In this document: one piece after another, positions 17,372 to 27,421 of the stretch
Layout: every line of letters starts with the position of its first letter
How positions within the stretch are numbered: the first letter of the stretch is position 1
The notes under the pieces: generated by a model
Told to the model about the DNA's origin: nothing
Database searches by the model: none
Seen by the model: the letters and a program-made list of their open reading frames with translations, nothing else
Made by a program: the position numbers and the translations under genes
Assembly: GCF_000010065.1 (NCBI RefSeq)
Contig: NC_006576.1
Coordinates: forward strand, 1,080,001-1,112,000
Reading direction: 5' to 3'
Origin: Synechococcus elongatus PCC 6301
GTDB taxonomy: Bacteria; Cyanobacteriota; Cyanobacteriia; Synechococcales; Synechococcaceae
Length of the DNA stretch: 32,000 nucleotides

Positions 17372-19378
17372 CTAGCCGATCACTGCTTTCGCTTTGGCGA
17401 CGACGTTGTCGACGGTGAAGCCAAATTTCTCGAACATGACGTTGCCCGGAGCCGAAGCGCCAAAGGTATCAGTCGAGATCGTGGCGCCAGCATCACCGAC
17501 GTACCGATGCCAGCCGAAGGAGGAACCCGCTTCCACGGCCAGACGAGCCGTGACGGCTTTCGGCAGTACCGATTCTTTGTACTCAGCCGACTGCTCGTCG
17601 AACAGTTCCCAGCAAGGCATCGAGACGATGCGGACTTTCTTCCCTTCTGCCCGCAGTTGTTTCGCAGCTTCAACACAGAGCGAGACTTCGCTACCGGTCG
17701 CCAGCAGAATCAGATCCGGCGTGCCTTCATCATCCGAAAGGACGTAAGCGCCTTTGGCAACGATGTCGATGCTGGAACCTTCCAAGTTGGGCAGGTTTTG
17801 ACGCGACATGGCCAAGACCGACGGACGCTTACGGTTTTCCACCGCCACTTTGTAGGCTCCGCTAGCTTCGTTGCCGTCGGCTGGACGGAAGACCAGCATG
17901 TTGGGGATGATCCGCAGCGAAGCGATTGTCTCCACCGGTTGGTGGGTCGGGCCGTCTTCGCCCAAGCCGATCGAGTCGTGGGTGAGGACGTAGATGACCC
18001 CGACTTCCGACAGCGCCGACAGACGCATTGCGCCGCGCATGTAGTCTGCAAAGACCAGGAAGGTCGCAGCGTAGGGAATCAAGCCACTGTTGTGCAGAGC
18101 AATCCCGTTGGCGATCGCCGCCATCGCATGCTCACGCACCCCAAAGTGGACGTTGCGATTTTCGTAAGCGCCTTTTTGGAAGTCGCCCGAGACGTGCAAC
18201 TCCGTCAGGTTGGAGTGGGTCAAGTCTGCCGAACCACCGATCAGTTCCGGCAGCACCGGAGCCAAGGCGTTCAGACAGATTTCCGAGTGCTTACGGGTCG
18301 CCACAGCTTTATCTGCCGGGGTGTAGCTCGGCAGTGCATCGGCCCAGCCAGTCGGCAGTTGGCCACTCAGCATCCGCTCAAATTCAGCCGCTTCAGCCGG
18401 GTAGTTGGCTTTGTACTGAGCCAGGGTTTCATTCCAGCTTGATTCCAGGGCTGCACCACGCTCGATCGCTTTGCGCCAGTGCGCCAGCGCATCTTCGGGC
18501 ACCACAAAGGGTTCGTAGTCCCAGCCGAGGTTTTCGCGGGTCAGCTTGATTTCCGCATCACCCAAGGCTGCGCCGTGAACACCTGCCGTGTTGGCTTTGT
18601 TGGGCGAGCCGTAGCCGATCGTTGTGGTGACTTTGATCAGGGTCGGCTTGTCGGTGACAGCCTTGGCATCTGCGATCGCTTTTTCGATCGCAGCCAAATC
18701 GGTGTTGCCGTTTTCAACGTGCAGCACATGCCAGCCGTAAGCTTCAAAGCGCTTGCTGACGTCTTCGGTGAAGGCAACGTCAGTCGAGCCGTCGATCGAG
18801 ATGTGGTTGTCGTCGTAGAGGGCGATCAGCTTGCCCAAGCCCCAGTGACCAGCCAGCGAAGCAGCTTCACCGGAAATACCCTCCATGTTGCAGCCGTCGC
18901 CCAGGATCACATAGGTGTAGTGATCCACTAGCTTGGCATCGGGTTTGTTGAAGCGAGCCGCAAGATGGGCTTCAGCTAGCGCCAGACCAACCGCGTTGGC
19001 AATGCCTTGACCCAAGGGACCAGTGGTCACTTCCACGCCCGGGGTTTCAAAGTTCTCGGGGTGACCCGGAGTCGGCGAACCCCACTGGCGGAAGTTCTTG
19101 ATGTCTTCAATGCTGACGCTGTCGTAGCCGCTCAGGTGCAGCAGCGCGTACTGCAGCATGCAACCGTGGCCCGCCGAGAGGACGAAGCGATCGCGGTTGA
19201 ACCAAGCAGGGTTTTTGGGATTGAAGCGCAGGAAGCGGTCCCAAAGGACGTAGGCCATCGGCGCTGCCCCCATGGGCAGACCAGGGTGACCCGACTTTGC
19301 TTTTTCGACCGCATCAATGGCAAGAAAACGGATCGAATTAATACAAAGTTCGTCGAGGGATTGAGCCGCAACAACCAT
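17372..19378 (-). CDS. tktA: Transketolase
   Basis: 668 aa. [74 protein letters not shown]. Confidence 0.97.
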   Translation of the reverse strand: MVVAAQSLDELCINSIRFLAIDAVEKAKSGHPGLPMGAAPMAYVLWDRFLRFNPKNPAWFNRDRFVLSAGHGCMLQYALLHLSGYDSVSIEDIKNFRQWGSPTPGHPENFETPGVEVTTGPLGQGIANAVGLALAEAHLAARFNKPDAKLVDHYTYVILGDGCNMEGISGEAASLAGHWGLGKLIALYDDNHISIDGSTDVAFTEDVSKRFEAYGWHVLHVENGNTDLAAIEKAIADAKAVTDKPTLIKVTTTIGYGSPNKANTAGVHGAALGDAEIKLTRENLGWDYEPFVVPEDALAHWRKAIERGAALESSWNETLAQYKANYPAEAAEFERMLSGQLPTGWADALPSYTPADKAVATRKHSEICLNALAPVLPELIGGSADLTHSNLTELHVSGDFQKGAYENRNVHFGVREHAMAAIANGIALHNSGLIPYAATFLVFADYMRGAMRLSALSEVGVIYVLTHDSIGLGEDGPTHQPVETIASLRIIPNMLVFRPADGNEASGAYKVAVENRKRPSVLAMSRQNLPNLEGSSIDIVAKGAYVLSDDEGTPDLILLATGSEVSLCVEAAKQLRAEGKKVRIVSMPCWELFDEQSAEYKESVLPKAVTARLAVEAGSSFGWHRYVGDAGATISTDTFGASAPGNVMFEKFGFTVDNVVAKAKAVIG

Positions 19379-19524
19379 AATCTCTACCTAACTGACAAAA
19401 TTGACTCGGGCTTACAGCCCCCACAGGGTCAACCCAAGCGGGTGAGGCAGCAGACTTCGCCACTGACCCATCATTTCATCCTCCGGTGATCCCCATCAAG
19501 ATGCGAAGGATACCTGCAGGAAAT

Positions 19525-20778
19525 CTAGGGATGGAATTTCCGGAAGGCCAGCGTGACGTTGTGCCCACCAAAGCCGAAGGAATTGGACAAAGCCACTTCC
19601 ACCGGTAGCGATCGCGCCTGATTGGGGACATAGTCCAAGTCGCAATCGGGATCGGGATCTTCCAGGTTAATCGTCGGCGGCACCATGTCCTCAGCGATCG
19701 CGAGGGTTGCCGCTACCGCCTCAATTCCGCCGGAGCCCCCTAACAGGTGACCGGTCATCGACTTAGTCGAGCTGATCACGGTTTTGTAGGCGTGCTCACC
19801 TAGGGCTTTCTTAATAGCTGCCGTTTCGGTGCTGTCGTTGGCCGGTGTGCTGGTGCCGTGAGCATTGATGTAGCTGACTTGGCTGGGCTGCAGATTGGCA
19901 TCGCGGAGCGCCAACTCGATCGCCCGGGCCGCACCCAAACCACCTGGGACCGGCGAGGTGATGTGATAGGCATCACAGGTCATGCCATAGCCGACGATTT
20001 CGCCATAGATGTGAGCGCCCCTCGCTTGGGCATGCTCCAAGGATTCCAAGACCAAAATCCCTGCGCCTTCGCCCATCACAAAACCATCACGGCCTTGGTC
20101 AAAGGGACGGCAAGCATGGGCCGGGTCATCGTTGCGCAGCGACAGTGCCTTACAGGCCGCAAAACCGGCCATAGCCAGTGGGGTCACACAGGATTCAGTT
20201 CCGCCACAGATCATGGCTTGGGCATAGCCGTGCTGAATCAGCCGGAAGGCTTCACCCACCGCATTAGAACCCGCAGCGCAAGCAGTCACCGTGACATTGC
20301 AAGGGCCTTTGGCACCCAACTGGATGGCCGTCAGTCCTGCCGCCATGTTGGCGATCATCATCGGCACCATGAAGGGGCTGCAGCGATCGGGGCCTTTTTC
20401 CAGCAAAACCGTCTGCTGGTCCTCCATCACCCTCAAACCACCAATGCCTGAGCCGATCAGCACCCCGATCGCATCCGCATTCAGTTCAGTGATGTCCAGC
20501 TTGGCATCGGCGACTGCTTGGCGACTGGCAGCAACCGCCAGTTGTGCAAACCGATCCATCCGCTTAGCATCCTTGCGGTCCATGTACTGGGTGGGGTCAA
20601 AGTCCTTGACCTCCCCGGCAATTTTGCAGGCGTGACGAGACGCATCAAAGCCCCGAATCAGATCGATGCCGTTGCGACCGGCAAGGAGTCCCTGCCAATA
20701 TTCCGTTGGATCATTACCGATGGGAGTAATGGCTCCCAAACCAGTAATAACAACACGCTGGCGTCCGGTTTCAGTCAT
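19525..20778 (-). CDS. fabF: Beta-ketoacyl-ACP synthase II
   Basis: RVVITGLGAITPIGNDPTEYWQGLLAGRNGI, VTACAAGSNAVGEAF, INAHGTSTPANDSTE, KSMTGHLLGGSGGIEA, NSFGFGGHNVTLAF. Start set at MTETGRQ. Confidence 0.97.
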   Translation of the reverse strand: MTETGRQRVVITGLGAITPIGNDPTEYWQGLLAGRNGIDLIRGFDASRHACKIAGEVKDFDPTQYMDRKDAKRMDRFAQLAVAASRQAVADAKLDITELNADAIGVLIGSGIGGLRVMEDQQTVLLEKGPDRCSPFMVPMMIANMAAGLTAIQLGAKGPCNVTVTACAAGSNAVGEAFRLIQHGYAQAMICGGTESCVTPLAMAGFAACKALSLRNDDPAHACRPFDQGRDGFVMGEGAGILVLESLEHAQARGAHIYGEIVGYGMTCDAYHITSPVPGGLGAARAIELALRDANLQPSQVSYINAHGTSTPANDSTETAAIKKALGEHAYKTVISSTKSMTGHLLGGSGGIEAVAATLAIAEDMVPPTINLEDPDPDCDLDYVPNQARSLPVEVALSNSFGFGGHNVTLAFRKFHP

Positions 20779-20845
20779 GGATGCGTCTCTGCACAAACGA
20801 TGGTCAGCAACAGCAGGCTCTATTGAGCCCCAGTGACTTCATCCC

Positions 20846-21088
20846 CTAGGCAGCTTTGCTAGCGATGAAATCGACGGCGTCTTGAACGGTCGCAATGCCT
20901 TCAGCGGCTTCATCGGGGATTTCGATATCGAAAGCCTCTTCCAGAGCCATCACCAGTTCCACGGTGTCCAGCGAGTCCGCTCCCAGATCGTTTTGGAAGC
21001 TGGATTCTGGCTTGACTTCAGCCACATCCACACTCAGCTGCTCAGCCACAATGTCTTTGACTTTGCTGAAGATGTCTTCTTGGCTCAT
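20846..21088 (-). CDS. acpP: Acyl carrier protein
   Basis: [75 protein letters not shown] with the DSL phosphopantetheine motif. Start at 21088. Confidence 0.97.
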   Translation of the reverse strand: MSQEDIFSKVKDIVAEQLSVDVAEVKPESSFQNDLGADSLDTVELVMALEEAFDIEIPDEAAEGIATVQDAVDFIASKAA

Positions 21089-21522
21089 GGATTGCTCTCT
21101 ACCTAGAAATTGCGGGAAACAACGTGACAATGAAGGGGTCGCCAGAAGCTAAGCCCAATCAGCATTTTGCCGACTGCCTAGGCCGATTGAATCGTTCGAT
21201 CAGCAAGCGGATCAAAGCGGCGCTCGGATTTAGGCATCCCTACATCTTAAAGGCAAGGGGAGCGCTCGCTAAATAGCCCAGGCGACCCTGCTGCTGAGAA
21301 CAGGCTGTCCCGTGCCACCCTCACTGCTACCGAATCGCTGGGCGATCGCAGGTCAATCCCTTGCCCTGCTTGGCAATTTGTTAATTTTTTGCAGCCGCGC
21401 GAAAACTCGTCGAAAGCCCCAAGGTATGCTGAGGCCGGAAATTGCCTGAATGCCTGTTACATCAGGCTGTTTGGCTTGCGCAGTGGTTCGGCCGTTTGCT
21501 GCCGACGTTGCCCAGAGTCTAG

Positions 21523-21792
<270 letters not shown>

Positions 21793-21829
21793 AGCCACAC
21801 CAACCGTCAGGATCCAGGCTTGTGGTTCA

Positions 21830-21851
21830 GGGGGCGATCGCCCCCTTTTTT
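21830..21851 (+). terminator. Intrinsic terminator of psaC built on a HIP1 palindrome
   Basis: GGGGGCGATCGCCCCC followed by TTTTTT: 6-bp GC stem with GATC loop, 38 nt after the psaC stop. Confidence 0.85.
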
Positions 21852-21938
21852 CTGGCTCTTTTCTGGCGCGATCGCCCTTGAAGGGGACAGGCTTTCCGCT
21901 ACGATGGCTGCCATTGATCCCTGTTGCAGGTGCAGTCC

Positions 21939-23864
21939 ATGTGCGGCATCGTTGGCTATATCGGCACTCAGCCTGCCAGTCACATCCTCTTGGAGGGTTT
22001 GCGGCAGCTGGAGTATCGCGGCTACGATTCAGCCGGTATTGCGACCCTATGGGATCATCAGCTCCAAATTGTGCGGGCGGAAGGTAAGCTCCATAATTTG
22101 CAAGCTGCACTGCAAAACCATGACAGCCCCGCCCACCTTGGCATTGGCCATACTCGTTGGGCAACTCACGGTAAACCGGAAGTTCGGAACGCCCACCCGC
22201 ACAAAGACATGAGCGGCTTGGTGGCAGTTGTCCAGAACGGCATTGTTGAAAACTACCGTGAACTGCGCGAAGCGCTGCAAGCCGAAGGCATTGAGTTTGT
22301 CTCGGATACCGATACGGAAGTCATCCCCAACTTGGTTGCGCGCCACTTCCGGCAATTGGCAGCAGCAGGCAGTGCACCAGATTCAAGACTTTTAGAAGCA
22401 GTTCGTCTGGCCGTGCAGGAGCTGGAGGGGGCCTACGCGATCGCGGTGCTCTGTGTGGATGCCCCAGACGAGATTGTGGTTGCGCGCCAGCAAGCACCGC
22501 TGGTGATTGGCTTTGGCCAAGGGGAATTTTTCTGCGCCTCGGATACACCTGCGATCATCAATCACACCCGAGCGGTGGTGACGCTTGAGAACGGTGAGAT
22601 GGCACGACTGACCCCGCTTGGGGTTGAGATCTTCAACTTCCAGGGCGATCGCCTGCGCAAGCAACCGCGACTACTGAGTGGCACCTCCTTACTGGCGGAA
22701 AAACAAGGCTTCCGCCACTACATGCTCAAGGAGATTTACGACCAGCCCGGCGTGGTGCGTAGCTGGTTGAGCACCCACCTCAATGACAATTGGCGCGCGG
22801 ATGCCGCCGATGAACCGGCTCAGGTGGCTCCCTATCCCCACGCGCAAACGCCCGTCATTTTGAACCTGCCCGATGAATTACTGAACGATCTTGAACAGGT
22901 TCAGATTCTGGCCTGTGGGACCAGTTGGCACGCTAGCCTCGTCGGACGTTACTTGCTCGAGACTTTGGCGGGGGTTCCGACACAGGTTTATTACGCCTCG
23001 GAATTTCGCTATGCACCGTCGCCCTTGGTGCGCAACACCCTGACGATTGGGGTGACGCAATCGGGTGAGACGGCAGACACCCTCGCGGCTTTGGAGAAAG
23101 AAGGCGAACGGCGATCGGGTTTGGGGCCAGAGTTTGCACCGCGCCTGTTGGGTATTACCAACCGCTCGGAAAGTACGCTAGCCCACGTGGTGCCGCACAT
23201 TCTCGATATCCAAGCAGGAATTGAGGTGGGCGTTGCAGCTACGAAGACCTTTTTAGGACAGGTGCTTGCTTTCTATGGTTTGGCGATCGATTTGGCCTAT
23301 CGACGCAGCAGTCAGTCCCACGAAAAACTTGAGGCCTTGATCGCTGGGCTAAAGCGGATTCCAGATCAGATTGAGCAACTGTTGCGGGAACAGGATGGAG
23401 CAATCGAATCGCTGGCGCATCAATTCACGGAGACTCAGGATTTCATCTTCATGGGTCGGGGGATTAACTTCCCAATCGCCCTTGAAGGGGCACTGAAGCT
23501 GAAGGAAATTAGCTACATCCACGCAGAGGGCTATCCGGCGGGTGAGATGAAACATGGGCCGATCGCGTTGTTGGATTCTAAAGTGCCGGTCGTGGCGATC
23601 GCAGTGCCGGGTTCGGTGTATGACAAGGTACTTTCGAATGCGCAAGAAGCCAAAGCACGGGATGCGCGGATGATTGGCGTGATTCCTGATGGCCCAGATG
23701 CCAATATGTTTGACCATTACCTCTGGGTGCCGATCGTCGATGAATTACTCTCACCTTTACTGACGGTTGTGCCGCTGCAATTACTGAGCTATCACATTGC
23801 TGCTCTGCGCGGTTTGGATGTCGATCAACCCCGAAATCTTGCGAAGTCAGTGACGGTTGAATAG
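21939..23864 (+). CDS. glmS: Glutamine-fructose-6-phosphate aminotransferase (isomerizing)
   Basis: MCGIVGYIGTQPASHILLEGLRQLEYRGYDSAG, GHTRWATHGKP, two SIS domains (CGTSWHASLVGRY; SQSGETADTLAAL), C-terminal DQPRNLAKSVTVE. Start set at ATG 21939. Confidence 0.98.
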   Translation: MCGIVGYIGTQPASHILLEGLRQLEYRGYDSAGIATLWDHQLQIVRAEGKLHNLQAALQNHDSPAHLGIGHTRWATHGKPEVRNAHPHKDMSGLVAVVQNGIVENYRELREALQAEGIEFVSDTDTEVIPNLVARHFRQLAAAGSAPDSRLLEAVRLAVQELEGAYAIAVLCVDAPDEIVVARQQAPLVIGFGQGEFFCASDTPAIINHTRAVVTLENGEMARLTPLGVEIFNFQGDRLRKQPRLLSGTSLLAEKQGFRHYMLKEIYDQPGVVRSWLSTHLNDNWRADAADEPAQVAPYPHAQTPVILNLPDELLNDLEQVQILACGTSWHASLVGRYLLETLAGVPTQVYYASEFRYAPSPLVRNTLTIGVTQSGETADTLAALEKEGERRSGLGPEFAPRLLGITNRSESTLAHVVPHILDIQAGIEVGVAATKTFLGQVLAFYGLAIDLAYRRSSQSHEKLEALIAGLKRIPDQIEQLLREQDGAIESLAHQFTETQDFIFMGRGINFPIALEGALKLKEISYIHAEGYPAGEMKHGPIALLDSKVPVVAIAVPGSVYDKVLSNAQEAKARDARMIGVIPDGPDANMFDHYLWVPIVDELLSPLLTVVPLQLLSYHIAALRGLDVDQPRNLAKSVTVE

Positions 23865-23879
23865 CGAGGGCAACACTAA

Positions 23880-24116
23880 ATGTCCACCGACTTACTAAAG
23901 CGAATCACATCAGACCCAGATATCTGCCATGGCAAGCCCTGTATCCGTGGCATGCGTTATCCAGTTGAGTTGATTCTTGAGTTATTAGGGTCTGGGATGA
24001 CGACGGAAGAAATCATCACTGACTATGATGATCTGGAGTCTGATGACATTTTGGCAGTTCTTTTGTTCGCAGCTCGCCTTAGTCAGGTCAAGAGTATTTA
24101 CAAAATTGCATCATGA
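23880..24116 (+). CDS. DUF433-family putative antitoxin
   Basis: RITSDPDICHGKPCIRGMRYPVELILELLGSGMTTEEIITDYDDLESDDILAVLLFAA is the DUF433 signature. Confidence 0.88.
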   Translation: MSTDLLKRITSDPDICHGKPCIRGMRYPVELILELLGSGMTTEEIITDYDDLESDDILAVLLFAARLSQVKSIYKIAS

Positions 24117-24466
24117 GATTTTTGATTGATGCTCAACTTCCGATTCGACTGGCACGACTGCTTCGCGAATTTGGATATGACACAATTCACACCAGAGAAC
24201 TTCCTGCTCAAAACAAGACTCCAGATTCGACCATAAACCTCATATCTCTTCAAGATAAAAGAATTGTCATTACCAAAGACTCAGATTTCGTAAACTCTTT
24301 CCTTGCCAGTCAAAAGCCTTACAAGCTTCTCTTGATCAGTACAGGCAATATCAAAAATTCAGATTTGGAAGCTCTTTTTGTCGCTAATTTAGGTGCCATG
24401 GTAAAACTTTTAGATCAGCATAGCTATATTGAAGTGAGCAGGGACTCAATCACTGTTCACTGCTAA
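24113..24466 (+). CDS. DUF5615-family PIN-like putative toxin
   Basis: MRFLIDAQLPIRLARLLREFGYDTIHTRELPAQNKTPDSTINLISLQDKRIVITKDSDF; 4-nt overlap (ATGA) with the DUF433 gene. Confidence 0.88.
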   Translation: MRFLIDAQLPIRLARLLREFGYDTIHTRELPAQNKTPDSTINLISLQDKRIVITKDSDFVNSFLASQKPYKLLLISTGNIKNSDLEALFVANLGAMVKLLDQHSYIEVSRDSITVHC

Positions 24467-24538
24467 CTAAAATTATTGTTTTGTTTAGGCTTCCATAGCA
24501 GCCATTATTTTAGTTGAGACAGTCTCAAGAGAGTCAAT

Positions 24539-24556
24539 AAGGGGCTTAAGCCCCTT
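24539..24556. repeat. 18-bp perfect palindrome AAGGGGCTTAAGCCCCTT downstream of the toxin-antitoxin pair
   Basis: Read directly at 24539..24556; self-complementary over all 18 bases. Confidence 0.7.
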
Positions 24557-24703
24557 GTTCCAGAGGGCTATCATCTTCCCTAACCGTCCTAACTAGGCTA
24601 GAGATTGCTATATCAAATCGTCCTAACTTGATTGCAGCCTGCTATATCAACATCTAAAAATCAATTAAATCTTGGGAATCAGATCTAATAAATGTAGTGA
24701 AAC

Positions 24704-25567
24704 CTATGGGGTTTGGGCGCGTTGACGAGCTTCAAGGAGAGTTGCTTGGAGCCCAGGCGCTTGGAAGAGGCGATTAGTATCAGCCAAAAGGCAATCGCCC
24801 CAGAGCTGTTCTTTGAGGAAATCGAGGCTGACGTACTGGCTATCTTTGCCGAGAGCTTGCTGAGCGAGTCGAACGGCCTCTTCAGTTTGGCCCTGTTGAT
24901 AGACCAAAACGGCTTTAGCGAGCACAGGCTCTGCTGCATCTTTGCTCAACTCGATCGCCCGATTCCAATAATTTAGCGCTTGATTGCGATCGCCCTGTTC
25001 ATAACTGACTAAGCCGAGGTTATTGATTGCTTCCCAGAAATCAGGCTTCACCTGAACCGCTTTTTGAAAAGCCGCGATTGCAGGCGGATATTGCTTTTGA
25101 ATGAGATACACATTGCCTAAACCAAACAGCGCACCCGACGAATCTGGCTTAATCGCCAGACCTCGCTGCAAAAAGCTCGCAGCCTCGCTGTAATTGCCTT
25201 GTCGGAACCGCGCTGAACCCAACGCAAACAAAATTGCAGGCTCTCGGGGCGACAGTTTTTGCGCTTTTTCTAGGGCAGCGATCGCCGGATCAAGTTGATT
25301 GAGCCGCAAACTCGCATCCGCCAGCACCAACCAAACTCGAAAATCATTAGGGGCTAACTGCGTTGCCAAGGCTGCCTGCCGCTGAGCAAATTCAATTTGC
25401 TGGAATTGCAGCAGCTGCGCCGCTTCCTGTGCCAGCACTAACCCCTGTTCCTCCAGATACTTCGAATCGAGATCCGGTACGTAGGGCGTAAAGGCTTGGG
25501 CGGGTGAGAACGCTGTCCCACTGCAACTGAGAGCGGCAAGCAAGGCAAGGAGAGCAGTTCGCTTCAC
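24704..25567 (-). CDS. TPR-repeat protein with N-terminal signal or anchor
   Basis: Signal-like MKRTALLALLAALSCSGTAFSPAQA; several TPR units (AIAAFQKAVQVKPDFWEAINNLGLVSYEQGDRNQALNYWNRAIEL). Confidence 0.88.
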   Translation of the reverse strand: MKRTALLALLAALSCSGTAFSPAQAFTPYVPDLDSKYLEEQGLVLAQEAAQLLQFQQIEFAQRQAALATQLAPNDFRVWLVLADASLRLNQLDPAIAALEKAQKLSPREPAILFALGSARFRQGNYSEAASFLQRGLAIKPDSSGALFGLGNVYLIQKQYPPAIAAFQKAVQVKPDFWEAINNLGLVSYEQGDRNQALNYWNRAIELSKDAAEPVLAKAVLVYQQGQTEEAVRLAQQALGKDSQYVSLDFLKEQLWGDCLLADTNRLFQAPGLQATLLEARQRAQTP

Positions 25568-25591
25568 AGGTCAGCCGGAGAACAATCAGCG

Positions 25592-26545
25592 CTAGCTTAG
25601 CCGATTCCCTTCAGACTGCTGGCGCAGGTTGGCCCGGCTATTGCGCCGCCACATGGCGGGTTTAATGCGACGCAGCGCCGACCCTTGGAACTGCTGATCC
25701 CAGGCTTCCTCCGAGAGAGTCGCCAACTCCGCTAGGGCAGGAGCCAGCAACTCCGATCGCGGCTGGAGATCCGGAAGGGTGGTTATTTGGGCAAAGCGTT
25801 GATTCCAAGGGCAAACCTCTTGGCAGATATCACAGCCCGCCACCCAACCTTGGAGATTCTGGGCGATCGCGGCGGGCAAGTCTGCCGCTCGGTTCTCGAT
25901 CGTGTGATACGCAATGCAGCGATTGGCATCAACCACATAAGGCTCCACGATCGCTTGGGTCGGGCAAGCCTCTAGACATCGGCTGCAACTGCCGCAATGG
26001 GCTGTGTGCGGACGATCAGCGGGCAACGCCAAAGTCGTCACCAGTTCCCCCAGAAAAATCCAGGAACCAAACTCGCGACTGATGACATTGCTATTTTTGG
26101 CGATCCAACCTAGGCCAGCTCGTTGCGCCCAGACTTTATCTGCGATCGGGCCACTATCGACGTACCAGCGACATTCGCAGTCCGGCTGCTGAGTTTGCAG
26201 CCAACGGGCGAGGGCTTTCAGTCGCTTTTCGACCACGCGGTGATAGTCGCGCCCCCAAGCATAGCGAGCAATTTTGCCCACTTCAGGCGACGGGTCAGGA
26301 TGATCGCCGCTGTAGTAGTTCAGCGCGACACAAATCACGGACTGCGCATTGGGCAGCAAATTCCGCACATCCCGCCGGCGATCGCTGGCCATCCAGTCCA
26401 TTTCCGCTTGATAGCCCTGGGCCAACCAGCGATCGAGTGCAGCCAAGGCTTCCGTATCGGGTGGATCGACGCTCGCAATCTCGACTTTGTCAAAGCCGAG
26501 GGCGATCGCTTCGGCCTTAATCTGCTCTGCAAGCGTTGCAACCAT
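25592..26545 (-). CDS. queG: Epoxyqueuosine reductase
   Basis: [112 protein letters not shown]. Confidence 0.95.
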   Translation of the reverse strand: MVATLAEQIKAEAIALGFDKVEIASVDPPDTEALAALDRWLAQGYQAEMDWMASDRRRDVRNLLPNAQSVICVALNYYSGDHPDPSPEVGKIARYAWGRDYHRVVEKRLKALARWLQTQQPDCECRWYVDSGPIADKVWAQRAGLGWIAKNSNVISREFGSWIFLGELVTTLALPADRPHTAHCGSCSRCLEACPTQAIVEPYVVDANRCIAYHTIENRAADLPAAIAQNLQGWVAGCDICQEVCPWNQRFAQITTLPDLQPRSELLAPALAELATLSEEAWDQQFQGSALRRIKPAMWRRNSRANLRQQSEGNRLS

Positions 26546-26548
26546 TGC

Positions 26549-27268
26549 CTACAGCAACACCGCTGCATCGCGATCGAGCAACCAGTAGAGTTGCCCTGTA
26601 ACAGGCTGAATCAGGCGGACGGGCGTTTGTTGACTATCGCCTGTTGCCGCCAAGGCACGTTTTAGTGCTTCTTGTTTGGCTGCTCCACTAACCAAAAACA
26701 CCACCGTTCGCGCTTGGTTAATCAACGGTGCCGTGAACGTGAGGCGTGGTTGTCCGCCGCGATCGCCTACCGTCACAAGACGGCTTTGTTCCTCCAAGGC
26801 AGCGGTTCCCGGAAACAGGGATGCCGTATGGCCATCGTCTCCTAGTCCCAGGAGGACTAAGTCAAACACCGGCCAGGCTGGCTCCTGCACTTGAAAAGCT
26901 CGCCGCAGATCTGTCTCCGCGATCGCGGCATCTTGCCAAGGATCAGCGGACTGAGTGGGCAGCGGGTGAATCTGCTCGGCCGGAATCGGCACCTGATCCA
27001 GCCAAGCTTGGCGCGCCATCCGCTCATTGCTATCAGGATGATCGTTGGGAACGTAGCGTTCATCTCCCCAGAAGATTTGCCAGTTGGCCCAGTCTGCCTC
27101 TGAAGTAGCCAACTGCTCGTACAGCGCCTTGGGCGTACTGCCGCCTGACAAGGCCAAACGAAACGTGCCTCGCTCCGCGATCGCCCGACTGGCAGTTTCT
27201 AACACCAGCGTTTGAGCTGCAGACACGACCGCTGCAAAATCGGCCAAGACAGATTGATGAACAGACAT
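26549..27268 (-). CDS. pgl: 6-phosphogluconolactonase
   Basis: LALSGGSTPKALYEQLA, WQIFWGDERYVPNDHPDSNERM, FDLVLLGLGDDGHTASLFPGT. Start set at MSVHQSVL. Confidence 0.94.
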   Translation of the reverse strand: MSVHQSVLADFAAVVSAAQTLVLETASRAIAERGTFRLALSGGSTPKALYEQLATSEADWANWQIFWGDERYVPNDHPDSNERMARQAWLDQVPIPAEQIHPLPTQSADPWQDAAIAETDLRRAFQVQEPAWPVFDLVLLGLGDDGHTASLFPGTAALEEQSRLVTVGDRGGQPRLTFTAPLINQARTVVFLVSGAAKQEALKRALAATGDSQQTPVRLIQPVTGQLYWLLDRDAAVLL

Positions 27269-27421
27269 CTCAGGCTCTCTGCACTGGTTCCATTCTGGCT
27301 GATGGTCATTGTGCAGGTTGATGCCGTGCCTACTCACGACCTTTGCCAGCGATCGGATCAGGTTAGGGTGAGAGACGAGAGTGGCGTTACACCGATCGCC
27401 CCGCCTGATGAGACTGCCACC

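Noticed and set aside
17507-18442. 311-aa plus-strand ORF antisense to tktA (also 18479..18931 and 19007..19489)
   Set aside because: Lies entirely opposite an unambiguous tktA reading frame. The translation is Arg/Gly/His-rich with no domain, typical of spurious antisense ORFs in GC-rich coding DNA.
20816-20829. GGCTC-TATT-GAGCC hairpin between acpP and fabF
   Set aside because: Only 5 bp with no T run; too weak to call as a terminator or attenuator without transcript data.
21939-23864. Possible glmS ribozyme or riboswitch upstream of glmS
   Set aside because: The gap after psaC is mostly the HIP1 terminator, and I could not recognise a ribozyme core; this element is not expected in cyanobacteria.
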